Below, one piece after another: positions 22,381 through 32,672 of a DNA stretch of 50,779 bases. The notes below the pieces were generated by a model that saw nothing but the letters and a program-made list of their open reading frames with translations, was not told where the DNA came from and did no database searches. The position numbers and the translations under genes are program-made. Position 1 is the first letter of the stretch. Each line of letters opens with the position of its first letter. The stretch is from an uncultured Candidatus Rokubacteria bacterium (GTDB lineage: Bacteria > Methylomirabilota > Methylomirabilia > Rokubacteriales > CSP1-6): the NCBI GenBank assembly GCA_963848005.1, contig CAWKCA010000011.1:1-50779 (forward strand), given 5' to 3'.

Positions 22381-23345
22381 CACGCTTCCACCAGATGGCA
22401 GGCGGCGATCTGATCGGGTGCGGCCCGCCGGAGCGCGGGCTCGTCCACGGCGCACCGCGACTCCGCCACCGAACACCGGGGATGAAACCGGCAGCCGGCG
22501 GGTAACGCCTTCAGGCCCGGCATCATGCCGGGAATGGCGCCGAGCCGGTCGCTTCCCTCCAGGCCCGGCAAGCAGGCCATCAGCGCGCGGGTGTACGGAT
22601 GGGCGGGCGCCCGAAAGATGGTCGCGATGGACGCTTCCTCGACGATGCGTCCCGCGTACATCACGATCACGCGGTGGCACATCTGCGAGACGATGCCGAG
22701 GTCGTGGGAGACGAGGAGCACGGCCATCCCCATCTCCCGGGCGAGCTGCCGGATGAGGGCCAGCACCTGGGCCTGGATGGTCACGTCGAGGGCCGTGGTC
22801 GGCTCATCCGCGATCAGCAAGGTGGGCACGCAGGACACGCCCATGCCGATCATCACGCGCTGGGCCATGCCGCCCGAGAACTGGTGCGGGTAGTCGCGCA
22901 CGCGCAGGGCGGCCGACGGAATGCCGACCCGAGCCAGGATCTGCACCGCCCGCCGGCGCAGCGCCCCCCGGCCGTCGCCCAGATGCAGCGCCATGGCCTC
23001 CACGAGTTGATCGCCGACGCTGAAGACAGGGTTCAGGGACGCCCCGGGGTTCTGGAAGATCATCGCGATCTCCTTGCCCCGGATGCGGGCCAGCGCCGCC
23101 TCCTCGAGAGCCAGGAGATTCCGCCCGCGGAAGCGCACCTCGCCGCTCACGCGTCCGGGCGGGCATCGGATCAGGCCGAGCACGGCCTCCGATGTGAGCG
23201 TCTTGCCGGCGCCCGATTCACCGACGAGGCCGACGATCTCCCCGCGGTCGACGGAAAAGCTCACCCCGTCGACCGCCCGCAACGGACCGTCCTCGGAGAG
23301 GAACTCGACGACGAGGTCGCGCACCTCGAGGACGGGCTCGGTCAT
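22380..23345 (-). CDS. ABC transporter ATP-binding protein (DppD/OppD-like)
   Basis: Walker A GESGAGKT, signature FSGGMAQRV, and a C-terminal Cys-containing extension. ATGA overlaps on both sides. Confidence 0.8.
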   Translation of the reverse strand: MTEPVLEVRDLVVEFLSEDGPLRAVDGVSFSVDRGEIVGLVGESGAGKTLTSEAVLGLIRCPPGRVSGEVRFRGRNLLALEEAALARIRGKEIAMIFQNPGASLNPVFSVGDQLVEAMALHLGDGRGALRRRAVQILARVGIPSAALRVRDYPHQFSGGMAQRVMIGMGVSCVPTLLIADEPTTALDVTIQAQVLALIRQLAREMGMAVLLVSHDLGIVSQMCHRVIVMYAGRIVEEASIATIFRAPAHPYTRALMACLPGLEGSDRLGAIPGMMPGLKALPAGCRFHPRCSVAESRCAVDEPALRRAAPDQIAACHLVEA

Positions 23346-24259
23346 CGGCGAAGCCGCGGGTCGAGGGTGTCGCGGAGACCGTCGCCGAGGAGGTTCAGGC
23401 CGACGATCGTCACCATGAGGGCAATCCCGGGGATCGTGGAGATGTGCGGGGCCATCACGATGAAGTTCCGCCCCTCGGCGATCATCGAGCCCCACACCGG
23501 GGTGGGCGGCGGCGGGCCCAGGCCCAGGAACGAGAGGCCGGATTCGGTGATGATGGCGCCGGAGACGCGCAGCGCCGCCTGCACGATGATGGGGGCCAGC
23601 ACGTTGGGCAGCACGTGGCGGGCGATGATGGCCGGCCGCTTCACGCCGGCCAGACGCGCCGCCTCGATGTAGGGTTCTTCCTTCACGGCGAGGACGTCGG
23701 CGCGGGTGACGCGCGCAAACGGCGCGATGAAGCCGACGGCCACGGCGATGATGACGTTCTTCACGCCGAAGCCCATGACCGCCATCATGGCAATGGCCAG
23801 GATGATGATGGGAAAGGCGAAGAGGCCGTCCATCACGCGCATGATCAGCACGTCCATCCAGCCCCCGTAGTAGCCGGCGACGAGGCCGAGGGTGACGCCG
23901 ATGGCCATGGCCAGCAGCACGGACACGATGCCGACGATCAGGGCGATGCGGGCGCCGTAGATGATGCGGCTCAGCATGTCGCGCCCGAAGCTGTCCGTCC
24001 CCGCCCAGTGGCTCCACGTCGGCCCCTGGTTCGCCGGCCCCACCCCCTGAGCGAGCGGGTCATAGGGGGCAAGCACGTTGGCGAAGATCGCCATGACGAC
24101 GACGGCGAGGAACACCGCGAGGCCAAAGACGGCGCCGCGGTTCCGGGCAAACCGGCGCCACCACCGGCGGGTGCTCGACGGTCCGCGCGCCTCGGCGACC
24201 TCGCCCGACGACGGCGCGGGGGCAGGAAGCGCATCGTCAACGGTCAGCGGTCGCGCCAT
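23342..24259 (-). CDS. ABC transporter permease (DppC/OppC-like)
   Basis: Intact ORF with 6 TM helices and the EAA-like motif region. ATGA overlaps the flanking genes. Confidence 0.8.
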   Translation of the reverse strand: MARPLTVDDALPAPAPSSGEVAEARGPSSTRRWWRRFARNRGAVFGLAVFLAVVVMAIFANVLAPYDPLAQGVGPANQGPTWSHWAGTDSFGRDMLSRIIYGARIALIVGIVSVLLAMAIGVTLGLVAGYYGGWMDVLIMRVMDGLFAFPIIILAIAMMAVMGFGVKNVIIAVAVGFIAPFARVTRADVLAVKEEPYIEAARLAGVKRPAIIARHVLPNVLAPIIVQAALRVSGAIITESGLSFLGLGPPPPTPVWGSMIAEGRNFIVMAPHISTIPGIALMVTIVGLNLLGDGLRDTLDPRLRR

Positions 24260-25263
24260 CACGTCACCCGGATGCGCGGGTTGAGAAACGCGTAGGTGAG
24301 GTCGACCGCGAGGTTCACCACGACGATGGCGAAGACGCCGACCAGGATCGCCCCCTGCACCACCGCGTAGTCGCGGTTCAGGATCGCCGCCACCGTCAGG
24401 CGCCCCATGCCGGGGATGCCGAAGACCGTCTCGGTGAGCACGGCGCCGCCCAGGAGGGTCCCGAACTGGAGCCCGATCACCGTCACCACGGGGATGAGCG
24501 CGTTGGCCAGGGCATGCCGGTACACGAGCGCCGCGCGCCGCACGCCGCGCGCCCGGGCCGCCTTGATGTAGTCGAGATCGAGCACCTCGAGCAGACTCGA
24601 CCGGATGATGCGCGCGACGAGCCCGGAGAAGAAGGTCCCGAGGGTGACGGCGGGGAGCGCGAGCCTCCACATGCTGTTCCAGAAGTCCTGCCAGGGGGCC
24701 ACGTAGCCCACGGCCGGAAACCAGCCGAGATACACGCTGAAGATCCAGATGAGGACGATGCCCTTCCAGAAGCCCGGCATGGAGTACACGAAGATGGCGA
24801 ACCCCATGGAGCCCCAGTCCCAGGCGCTGTCTTTGCGCATGGCGGCCACGATGCCGGAGGGGACGGCGATCAGGACCCCGACGATCATGCTGGCCACCAC
24901 GAGGGTCAGGGTCGGCTGAAACGCCTCCCACACGAGGCGGTTCACCTGCTCGTGGTTCAGATACGAATCGCCGAAGTCGCCGCGCAGGATCGCCTCGAGC
25001 CAGATCAGGTACTGGATGACGATCGACCGGTCGAAGCCGAGCTTGGCCCGCAACTTCTGGTAGGCGTCCTGGGTGAAGTCGTCCCCGAGGATCATCATGA
25101 TGGGGTCGCCCGGAATCAGGCGCATGAGGGCAAAGATGATCACCGACACCGTGAAGAGCACGGCGAGCGTCTGTCCGAAGCGGGAGAGGAAGAATCGGAC
25201 CACCCCGAGTTGACCCCCGACGGTCAGGTCATCGTTGGCCTGGGATGGCGTATGGTATACCAC
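24259..25263 (-). CDS. ABC transporter permease (DppB/OppB-like)
   Basis: Intact 334-aa ORF with BPD_transp_1 permease features. The exact start is uncertain. Confidence 0.75.
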   Translation of the reverse strand: MVYHTPSQANDDLTVGGQLGVVRFFLSRFGQTLAVLFTVSVIIFALMRLIPGDPIMMILGDDFTQDAYQKLRAKLGFDRSIVIQYLIWLEAILRGDFGDSYLNHEQVNRLVWEAFQPTLTLVVASMIVGVLIAVPSGIVAAMRKDSAWDWGSMGFAIFVYSMPGFWKGIVLIWIFSVYLGWFPAVGYVAPWQDFWNSMWRLALPAVTLGTFFSGLVARIIRSSLLEVLDLDYIKAARARGVRRAALVYRHALANALIPVVTVIGLQFGTLLGGAVLTETVFGIPGMGRLTVAAILNRDYAVVQGAILVGVFAIVVVNLAVDLTYAFLNPRIRVT

Positions 25264-25322
25264 ATCGCGCGATGGGCACCGGCTGGATGAGTGCGCGCAA
25301 CGCTTCGAGCGAGGAACGACCG

Positions 25323-26150
25323 ATGGCCAACCACGCCGAACCGCTCGTGGTCACTCGCCTCGAGGATCGCGGCGAGGCCGGCCGGGTGGCCCACGTGCTG
25401 GTGAACAATCCCGAGAAGCGCAACGCCCTCGGGCAACACGGCAAGGACGAGCTGATCGCCGCCTTCGAGAGGCTGGCCCGCGATCCACACCTGCGGGTGG
25501 TGGTGCTGACGGGCGCCGGTGACAGGTCATTCATCGGCGGCGCCGACCTCGCGGAGATGGCGGGTCTCGATCGCGCCGGTGCGGAAATCGTCAGCACCAA
25601 GACCCACCTGGCGTGCGACGCCATCCGGCGGCTGCCCGTCCCTGTGATTGCCCGCGTGAACGGCTACTGTCTGGGAGCGGGCATGGAGATCGCCGCCTCG
25701 TGTGACATGCGCGTCGGCGTGGAGACCGCGCGATTCGGCATGCCGGAGGTGAAGTTCGGCATTCCATCGGGCATGGAGGCCTGCCTGCTGCCGGGGCTGA
25801 TCGGCTGGGGCAAGACGCGCGAGCTCGTCTTCACCGGCGAGATGATCGACGCCCAGGAGGCGTATCGCTGCGGCTTTCTCGACAGGCTCGTGCCCGTCGG
25901 CGAGCTGGATGCCGCCGTCGAGCGCTGGGTCTCGGCGATCTGCGCCGCGGGCCCCCGCGCGATCCGGCTCCAGAAGACGCTGGTGGGGGACTGGGAACGT
26001 CTGCCGATCGCGGAGGCGGTGCAGCGAGGGATCCGCGCGGTGGCGGAGGCGCGCGCCACCGATGAGCCGCGGCGTTTGATGGAGGCCTTCGTGAACCGCC
26101 GGCGCCCGTCACCCCCCGAGGCGCGCGGCAATCCCCGGGACGACCATTGA
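25323..26150 (+). CDS. Enoyl-CoA hydratase/isomerase (crotonase) family protein
   Basis: Intact ORF with crotonase-fold motifs (VVLTGAGDRSFIGGADL, NGYCLGAGMEIA). Confidence 0.8.
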   Translation: MANHAEPLVVTRLEDRGEAGRVAHVLVNNPEKRNALGQHGKDELIAAFERLARDPHLRVVVLTGAGDRSFIGGADLAEMAGLDRAGAEIVSTKTHLACDAIRRLPVPVIARVNGYCLGAGMEIAASCDMRVGVETARFGMPEVKFGIPSGMEACLLPGLIGWGKTRELVFTGEMIDAQEAYRCGFLDRLVPVGELDAAVERWVSAICAAGPRAIRLQKTLVGDWERLPIAEAVQRGIRAVAEARATDEPRRLMEAFVNRRRPSPPEARGNPRDDH

Positions 26151-26339
26151 CGCAGAGCCCGTTTACCCCGATCCTCGGCGCATCGCGGAACGGGAGGTGA
26201 TCGCGTCACTGATCGAGCGGGCCTGGGCCCGGAGAGGGGCGAGACGAGGAACGGTGCGACCCCGGTGAGGGCGGGCCCGAATGGGCAAGCAACTGATCGG
26301 AGAGCAACGAAGCTTACCCGGCAGCCATGACCGGAGGAG

Positions 26340-27913
26340 AGCATGGGTCCATATCGGAGAAGCGCGGATCGCGCGACCGCATCGCCAGATCGCTCTGCTG
26401 CTGACCGTCGCCGCGCTTGATGCTGGGGCGGCCCAGGGGCGGCCGCCCAGCAAGGGTCGGCGGGCGAGGCGGTCATCGCCTGGCACGTCACCATCGCCCC
26501 CACCTGGTTCGATCCGTCCACCGCCCCAGCGCAGATCACGCCGTTCGGGATGCTGTACGCCATCCACGACGCGCTGGTCCGGCCACTGCCCGGGGCAGAA
26601 GATGAGCCCGAGCCTGGCCGAGTCGTGGACGCAGAGTCCGGACGGGCTGGTGTACGAGTTCAAGCTCCGCCGCGGGCTGAAGTTCCACAACGGCGACCCC
26701 GTCACCACCGAGGACGTGAAGTTCAGCTTCGAGCGCTACAAGGGGGCCGGGGCCAACGAGCTCCAGACGCGCGTCAAGCAGGTGGAGATCGTGGATCCCC
26801 TCACCGTGCGCTTCCACCTCAAGGAGCCCTGGCCGGACTTCATGACCTTCTACGGGACGACGGCCACGGCGGCCGGCATCGTCGTCCCCAAGAAGTACGT
26901 GACGCAGGTCGGGGACGACGGGTTCCGGAAGCATCCCATCGGCGCCGGTCCCTACAAGTTCGTGAGCCACAAGCCCGGGGTCGAGGTGGTGCTCGAAGCC
27001 TATCCGGGGTACTGGCGGCATGTGCCCTACGTCAAGCGAGTACATCATGAAGAGCGTCCCCGAGGGGACCTCGCGGGTCGCCATGCTGAAGAACGGCGAG
27101 GCCGACATCGCCTATGCCCTGGATGGCGAGGATGCCCTGAACGTGAGACGGGACCCGCGACTGCAGCTCGTCCCCTCCAAGCACGCCTCCATCTTCTGGA
27201 TCGAGTTCGCCGAGCAGTGGGATCCCAAGTCGCCGTGGCATGACAAGCGCCTCCGCCAGGCGGTGAACTACGCGCTCGACCGCAAGGCCATCAACGAGGC
27301 GGCCTGCCTGGGCTACTGCCCGCCCGCCGGGGTCATCGTGCCGCGGGTGATGGAGTTCGCCCTCCAGACCACACCGCCGGCCTACGATCCGGCCAAGGCC
27401 AAGCAGTTGCTGGCCGAGGCGGGATACCCGAAGGGGTTCGACGCCGGCGAGCTGTCACCGATTCCGCCGTTCTTCACGGTCGCCGAGGCCTCGATGAACT
27501 TCCTGAGCGCGGTCGGCATCCGGACGAAGATGCGGCCGATGGAGCGGGCGGCCTTCTACGCGGCGTGGCGGGAGAAGAAGCTGCGCCCGCTGTTTCTCAC
27601 CGCCGCCGGGAATTCCGGCAATGCCGCCAGCCGCGTGGAGGCGTTCATGTTCACCGGCGGGAGCTACGCCTACGGTGGCTATCCCGACCTCGACGACCTC
27701 TTCCAGCAGCAAGCGCGGGAGCGGGACCCGGCCCGGCGCGAGGCGCTCCTCCACCGCATCCAGCAGCTCACCATCGACCGGGTGATGTTCGCGCCCATCA
27801 TGGACTACCGCACCTTGCGGGGGGTGGGACCGCGCGTGGCCGAGCACATGCTCGACTCGATGCACCTGGTGCCCTTCTCCGCCTGGGAGGACGTGAAGCT
27901 CAAGAGCCAGTAA
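26340..27913 (+). pseudogene. ABC transporter substrate-binding protein, family 5, at least 3 frameshifts
   Basis: The SBP_bac_5 domain is split across frames 26281..27243, 26417..26605 and 27020..27913. Probably indel errors. Confidence 0.6.
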
Positions 27914-28091
27914 GCACGCGGGTCTGGGGCCCGGCGGGCTCGCCGGGCCAGACTCCGCCTCAGGAGCAGGAGCGCTATGCGGCGCTCCCGTGACCACGCG
28001 CCCTCGGCGATCCGTGCCGAGCTGCTCCACTTCTGAGCGCCCGGACCTCCTTGAGGACCTCATCCGCCAGAGATCTCTCGTCAGAGGTGTC

Positions 28092-29039
28092 CTATCTCTT
28101 TTCTTTTGGAGCGCCTCGCAAGATATCCGAGTCCAGGATGAAGTTCTGCCCTGAAGGGAGCATCATGACCTGGATCTTGTCGCTCAGCTTCTGAACCATG
28201 GCGTACCGCACGAGCTCCGGAGTAAGCGAAGCCGCCAGTTTTCTGTTCGCCTCTGCCTCTTTCTCGGCGCGGAATAAAATGGCGCTGCCTTCCCCTTTGG
28301 CCCTTTCGATGGCCTGCTGAGCCTTGTGTTTTTCTCCTTCAATCTTTTGTTGCTCTTCCAGGGCGCGCTGCGTCGCGATCTGTTTATCTTCAATGGCCTT
28401 CTTGAAGTCCGGGTTGAAGTCGATGTTGTCCAGAAGCAAATCAACCACCTCGATCGAAAAGGGGGACAGTTCTTTCTCCAGTCTTTCCCGGACGGCCTGT
28501 CTGATCTTTTCGCGGTTGGGGGCAATCTCCACGCTCTTGTATTTCACCGTTTCATCCTTGAAATTCTGAATAACTCTCGATTCAACCAAGACATTGAAAA
28601 AGTTGGGGCCGACGGTCCGATAGAGCTGTTGGATGGTTTGCGGGGACACCCGAACATTGAGACTGGCTCTGACAAACACATCTTGGCTTTCTTCGCTGAA
28701 GGAGTTGAGCTTATCGAACACGCGACGCTGCACCTGGATATTGGCGAGCAGGACGTCGCGCCAGGGCGCGACAAACTGGAGTCCCTCGCCGATCTGGCCT
28801 TTGATGCCCCCAAATTCATACACCACGCCTATATGGCCGGCCGGCACTTGGTGGACGGACGCGAAAAACGTGATAAAGGCCATGAGGGCCAGGATCAAGA
28901 ACCCTATCGGTCTCCGCAAGCTGGCCAGGTACAGTAGCTTCGATTGCCGGTAGTCCCGGATCTCTGGCCCGTTTCTCCGGGCTGTGAAAAGGAGCACCGC
29001 GATCACCGTAAGGACGACCATCGAGATGACATAGGGCAT
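28092..29039 (-). CDS. SPFH/band-7 (prohibitin/HflC-like) membrane protein, copy 2
   Basis: 315-aa paralog of 256..1209, about 93% aa and about 95% nt identity in the core. It shares the low-GC signature, and the homologous upstream region (gacagc..gaaaggaataacc vs gacagc..ggaaggagtagccc) is duplicated too. Confidence 0.85.
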   Translation of the reverse strand: MPYVISMVVLTVIAVLLFTARRNGPEIRDYRQSKLLYLASLRRPIGFLILALMAFITFFASVHQVPAGHIGVVYEFGGIKGQIGEGLQFVAPWRDVLLANIQVQRRVFDKLNSFSEESQDVFVRASLNVRVSPQTIQQLYRTVGPNFFNVLVESRVIQNFKDETVKYKSVEIAPNREKIRQAVRERLEKELSPFSIEVVDLLLDNIDFNPDFKKAIEDKQIATQRALEEQQKIEGEKHKAQQAIERAKGEGSAILFRAEKEAEANRKLAASLTPELVRYAMVQKLSDKIQVMMLPSGQNFILDSDILRGAPKEKR

Positions 29040-29334
29040 CGGTTATTCCTTTCTCGAGGCGGCTCGCTGTCCGGCTCACCACATCAACTGACCAGAGCCA
29101 TTTCTCCTTTCTCCCCTGCGGCCACGCGAGCCGCACGCCCCCGAGATGTCACCCCTGAGTACCGCCCGCCCCCCCTCGATCTCACTCCGATGCGCCGGAG
29201 AATCTGCCCAAACCGGCACCGCGTCAAGCGGCTCTCGGCCCGCGGGAGGATAGAGTACTGCGCATGCTGGACGGGACGCCCGGCGGCGGCCGGCACACTG
29301 TGGTGAGGACGGCCTTCCGTCCGGGAGGCGACAC

Positions 29335-29874
29335 ATGACGAACCGCGGACGTGAAGCGCAGGCACCGATGGCCGTGTTCGAGGCCGTTCGCACGCTCCTC
29401 GCCGTGCGCAGTTACCAGGCCACGCCGGTGCCCGAGCCCGTGGTCCGACGGATCGTCGAGGCGGGACGCCTCACGGGCAGCGGGATGAACGGGCAGCCGT
29501 GGCATTTCATCGTGATCCGCGACGGCGAGACACTGCGCCGGCTCGGGGCCTTGGCCTCCAGCGGGCCGTATGTCGCCCAGGCGCCGCTGGCCATCGTGGT
29601 GGCGACCGACAAGACTCGGTTCGCCGTCTCGGACGCGAGCCGCGCGATCCAGTCCATGCTGCTGACGGCGTGGGCCGATGGCGTGGGCTCGAACTGGGTG
29701 GGCTTTGGTGGGCTCGAGAAGGTCAGGGCCCTCCTCGACATCCCGGCCGGCCTCGATATTTTGTCGATCCTTCCGTTCGGCTACCCGGCGCGCGCCGTGG
29801 GACGAGGCAAGAAGCGGCGCAAGCCGCTGCGGGAGGTGGCGCATCTCGAGCGGTACGGACGCCCGTTCGAGTGA
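29335..29874 (+). CDS. Nitroreductase-family FMN oxidoreductase
   Basis: Intact ORF with nitroreductase fold motifs (RSYQATPVPEPVVRRIVEAGRLTGSGMNGQPWHFIV). Confidence 0.75.
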   Translation: MTNRGREAQAPMAVFEAVRTLLAVRSYQATPVPEPVVRRIVEAGRLTGSGMNGQPWHFIVIRDGETLRRLGALASSGPYVAQAPLAIVVATDKTRFAVSDASRAIQSMLLTAWADGVGSNWVGFGGLEKVRALLDIPAGLDILSILPFGYPARAVGRGKKRRKPLREVAHLERYGRPFE

Positions 29875-29961
29875 GGGCCAGCGCTTCGCCGCCGGCCGGT
29901 TGCGTCGCGCGCCTCGCTGTCTCATGCTCTGCGCATCCCATCGAGACGAAAGGGGCGCGCC

Positions 29962-30865
29962 ATGGCGGGAGCAGTCGGATTCATCGGGCTGGGGAACATG
30001 GGAGGGCCGATGGCGGTGAACCTCGCCAAGCACGGCTTCTCCCTCGTCGTGCACGACATCGATCCGGCCAAGGTCGAGCCGCTGCGCAACCAGGGCGCGA
30101 AGGTGGCCGCGTCGGCAAAGGCCGTGGCCGCCGCGTCGGACCGGAGCATCTGCATGGTGGAGACCACCGCGCAGGCCGAAGCCGTCATCGCCGGCGAGCA
30201 CGGCGTCATTCAGGGCGCGGCGCCCGGTCACATCGCCGTGTGCATGAGCACCGTCGATCCGTTTGCCGTTCGCCGGCTCGGCGAACACCTCGCGGCGCGC
30301 CAGGTGGCGATGCTCGACGCGCCGGTGAGCGGCGGGCACCGTGCGCGCGATCTCCGGCGAGCTGTCGATCATCGTGGGAGGCGCGGCGGAGACCTTCGCG
30401 GCCTGCCGCGACCTGTTCGAGGCCATGGGGGCGAAGATCTTCCACGTGGGCGGCCTCGGCCAGGGCCTGGCCATGAAACTCGTGAACAACATGCTGGGCC
30501 AGGTCAACGCCGTGGCCATCGCCGAGGCCCTGGTGATGGGGGTGAAGGCCGGGCTCGATCCCCAGACGATCTACGACGTCATCCGCGTGAGCACGGGAAC
30601 GAGCTGGGGGTTCGAGAGCCGCGTTCCGAAGATCCTGGCCCGCGACTTCTCCCCCGGCGGCACGGTGGACATCTCCTACAAGGACCAGGAGCTGGAGACG
30701 AGCTTCGCCAAGCAGCTCGGGGTGCCTGTGCTGCTGGCCAACGTCAGCCAGCAGGTGTACCAGATGGCCCGCGCCGCCGGCCTCAACAAGGAAGACGGCA
30801 GCGCCGTCATCAAGGTGATCGAGCGGCTCGCGGGTGTCGAGGTGAGCGCACGCCCCGCGCGATGA
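29962..30865 (+). CDS. NAD(P)-dependent 3-hydroxyisobutyrate dehydrogenase-family (HIBADH/6PGDH-like) oxidoreductase, one frameshift near 30345
   Basis: N-terminal GFIGLGNMGGPMA Rossmann motif. The C-terminal half is in frame 30341..30865. The stop overlaps the next start (ATGA). Confidence 0.7.
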
Positions 30866-31812
30866 TCGACGGGAAGGGCATCGAGGCGACGTACGCGATC
30901 ATCAAGCCCCACGTCCGGCTGACTCCGGTGGTGGAGGCGACCGGAGCCGACTTCGGGCTCGCTCCCTTCTCCCTCGTCCTGAAGCTGGAGCAGTTGCAGC
31001 ACGCCGGGGCCTTCAAGACGCGCGGCGCCTTCGCCAACCTCCTCATGCGCGACGTGCCGGAGGCGGGGGTGGTGGCGGCCTCGGGAGGCAACCACGGGGT
31101 CGCCGTCGCCTACGCCGCGATGCGACTGGGCGTCCGCGCCAAGATCTTCGTGCCGACGGTTTCCTCGCCGGCCAAGATCCAGCGCATCCGCGAGTACGGC
31201 GCGGACCTCGTCGTGGGGGGCGAGCGGTACGCGGATGCCCTGGCCGCCAGCGAGGTGTGGATCTCGCAGTCCGGCGCGCTGGCGGTGCACGCCTTCGATC
31301 AGGTCGAGACCGTGCTCGGCCAAGGGACGATCGGCCTGGAGCTCGCCGCCCAGGCTCCGGGCCTCGACTCGGTGCTGGTGCCCGTCGGTGGAGGCGGCCT
31401 GATCGGTGGCGTGGCGGCCTGGTATGCGGGTGCGGCCCGGGTCATCGGCGTCGAGCCTCACGCCGCCCCGACCTTGACCGACGCGCTCAAGGCCGGTCGG
31501 CCCGTCGACGCGGAGACCGGCAGTATCGCCGCGGACTCGCTGGCCCCGCGGCGCGTTGGCGAGCTGATGTTCCCCATCGCGCAGACCTACGTCGACCGCG
31601 TCGTGCTGGTGAGCGACGCCGACATCCGGCACGCCCAGGACGCGCTGTGGGCGTCGCTGCGCATCGTGGCCGAGCCCGGAGGGGCCGCCGCGCTGGCGGG
31701 CCTACTCTCGGGCGGCTATGCCCCTGACCCCGGCGAGCGGGTCGGCGTCATCATCAGCGGGGCCAACACCACCGCCGTCGACTTCGGCCGCGCGGCGTCG
31801 ACGTCCGGCTGA
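30862..31812 (+). CDS. PLP-dependent threonine/serine dehydratase (fold-type II)
   Basis: Intact ORF with a PLP-lysine region (LQHAGAFKTRGA) and the glycine-rich loop GGGGLIGG. Confidence 0.8.
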   Translation: MIDGKGIEATYAIIKPHVRLTPVVEATGADFGLAPFSLVLKLEQLQHAGAFKTRGAFANLLMRDVPEAGVVAASGGNHGVAVAYAAMRLGVRAKIFVPTVSSPAKIQRIREYGADLVVGGERYADALAASEVWISQSGALAVHAFDQVETVLGQGTIGLELAAQAPGLDSVLVPVGGGGLIGGVAAWYAGAARVIGVEPHAAPTLTDALKAGRPVDAETGSIAADSLAPRRVGELMFPIAQTYVDRVVLVSDADIRHAQDALWASLRIVAEPGGAAALAGLLSGGYAPDPGERVGVIISGANTTAVDFGRAASTSG

Positions 31813-31915
31813 GGATGGCGCCGAACCCCTGGACCGGACGCATCCGGCCGCCAGGCGCCTGGACAGCGGCTCACCCGCGGTGTCCCGGGCATCTGGCCGG
31901 ATGTCGCCGAGGAGG

Positions 31916-32646
31916 ATGCAGGTGATCAAGAGCATCGCGCTGTTGACGCGCAAGGACAGCCTGACGCACGAGCAGTTCATGAAGCACTGGGTCGAGATCC
32001 ACGCGCCGCTGGCCCACGCCGTGCCAGGGCTGCGGCGGTACGTGCAGTCGCACATCGTCGCGGAGCGAACACGAGCGACATTCCGACCACCGCCGTGGAC
32101 GTCGACGGCATCGCGGAGCTCTGGTACGACGACCGCGACGCGATGGAGCGCGCCCTGGCCTCGCCGCAGTCGAAGGCGCTCCATGCCGACGGCGCGCTCT
32201 TCATCGGCCGGATCAAGAGCTTCATCGTCGAGGAAAAGATCGTCGTCCCCGCAGCCAAGCAGGTGATCCATACCGACAAGGTCCCGCCGGCGCGCGTTCC
32301 CCTGTCGCAGGCCATCAAGGTCGGCGACTGGGTCTTCGCCTCGGGCCAGCTCGGCAATGATCCAAAGACGGGACGGCTGGCCGAGGGGGGAATCGCCGCC
32401 GAGACGCGTCAAGTCTGCGAGAACCTCAAGGCGATCCTCGAAACGGCCGGATCGTCGCTGAACAACGTCGTCAAGGTGACCATCTACATGGTGGACCTCG
32501 GGGAGGTCCTGGCCATGAACGACGTCTTCAGCCAGTACTTCCACACAGGACCCACCGGCGCGGACGACGTTCGAATGCTCGCGGCTGGTCGGCAACGCCC
32601 GCGTCGAGATCGAGGCCATCGCCACGGTCAGCCCGCCCTCGCCCTG
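31916..32646 (+). CDS. EthD-like domain followed by RidA/YjgF-family deaminase (fused or two adjacent genes), 2 frameshifts
   Basis: N-terminal MQVIKSIALLTRKD..ELWYDDRDAMERA matches EthD. The rest (AKQVIHTDKVPPARVPLSQAIKVGDWVFASGQLG ... VEIEAIATV) matches RidA. Frame changes occur near 32090 and 32560. RBS GAGGAGG lies upstream. Confidence 0.65.
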
Positions 32647-32672
32647 ATACCCTGAAGGGGCGGGGGACCAGC

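Noticed and set aside
256-29039. The two prohibitin copies as a palindromic misassembly artefact.
   Set aside because: The copies differ at about 5% of nucleotides and have different downstream flanks and N-terminal codons. A collapsed or chimeric repeat would be identical. Still worth checking with reads (see findings).
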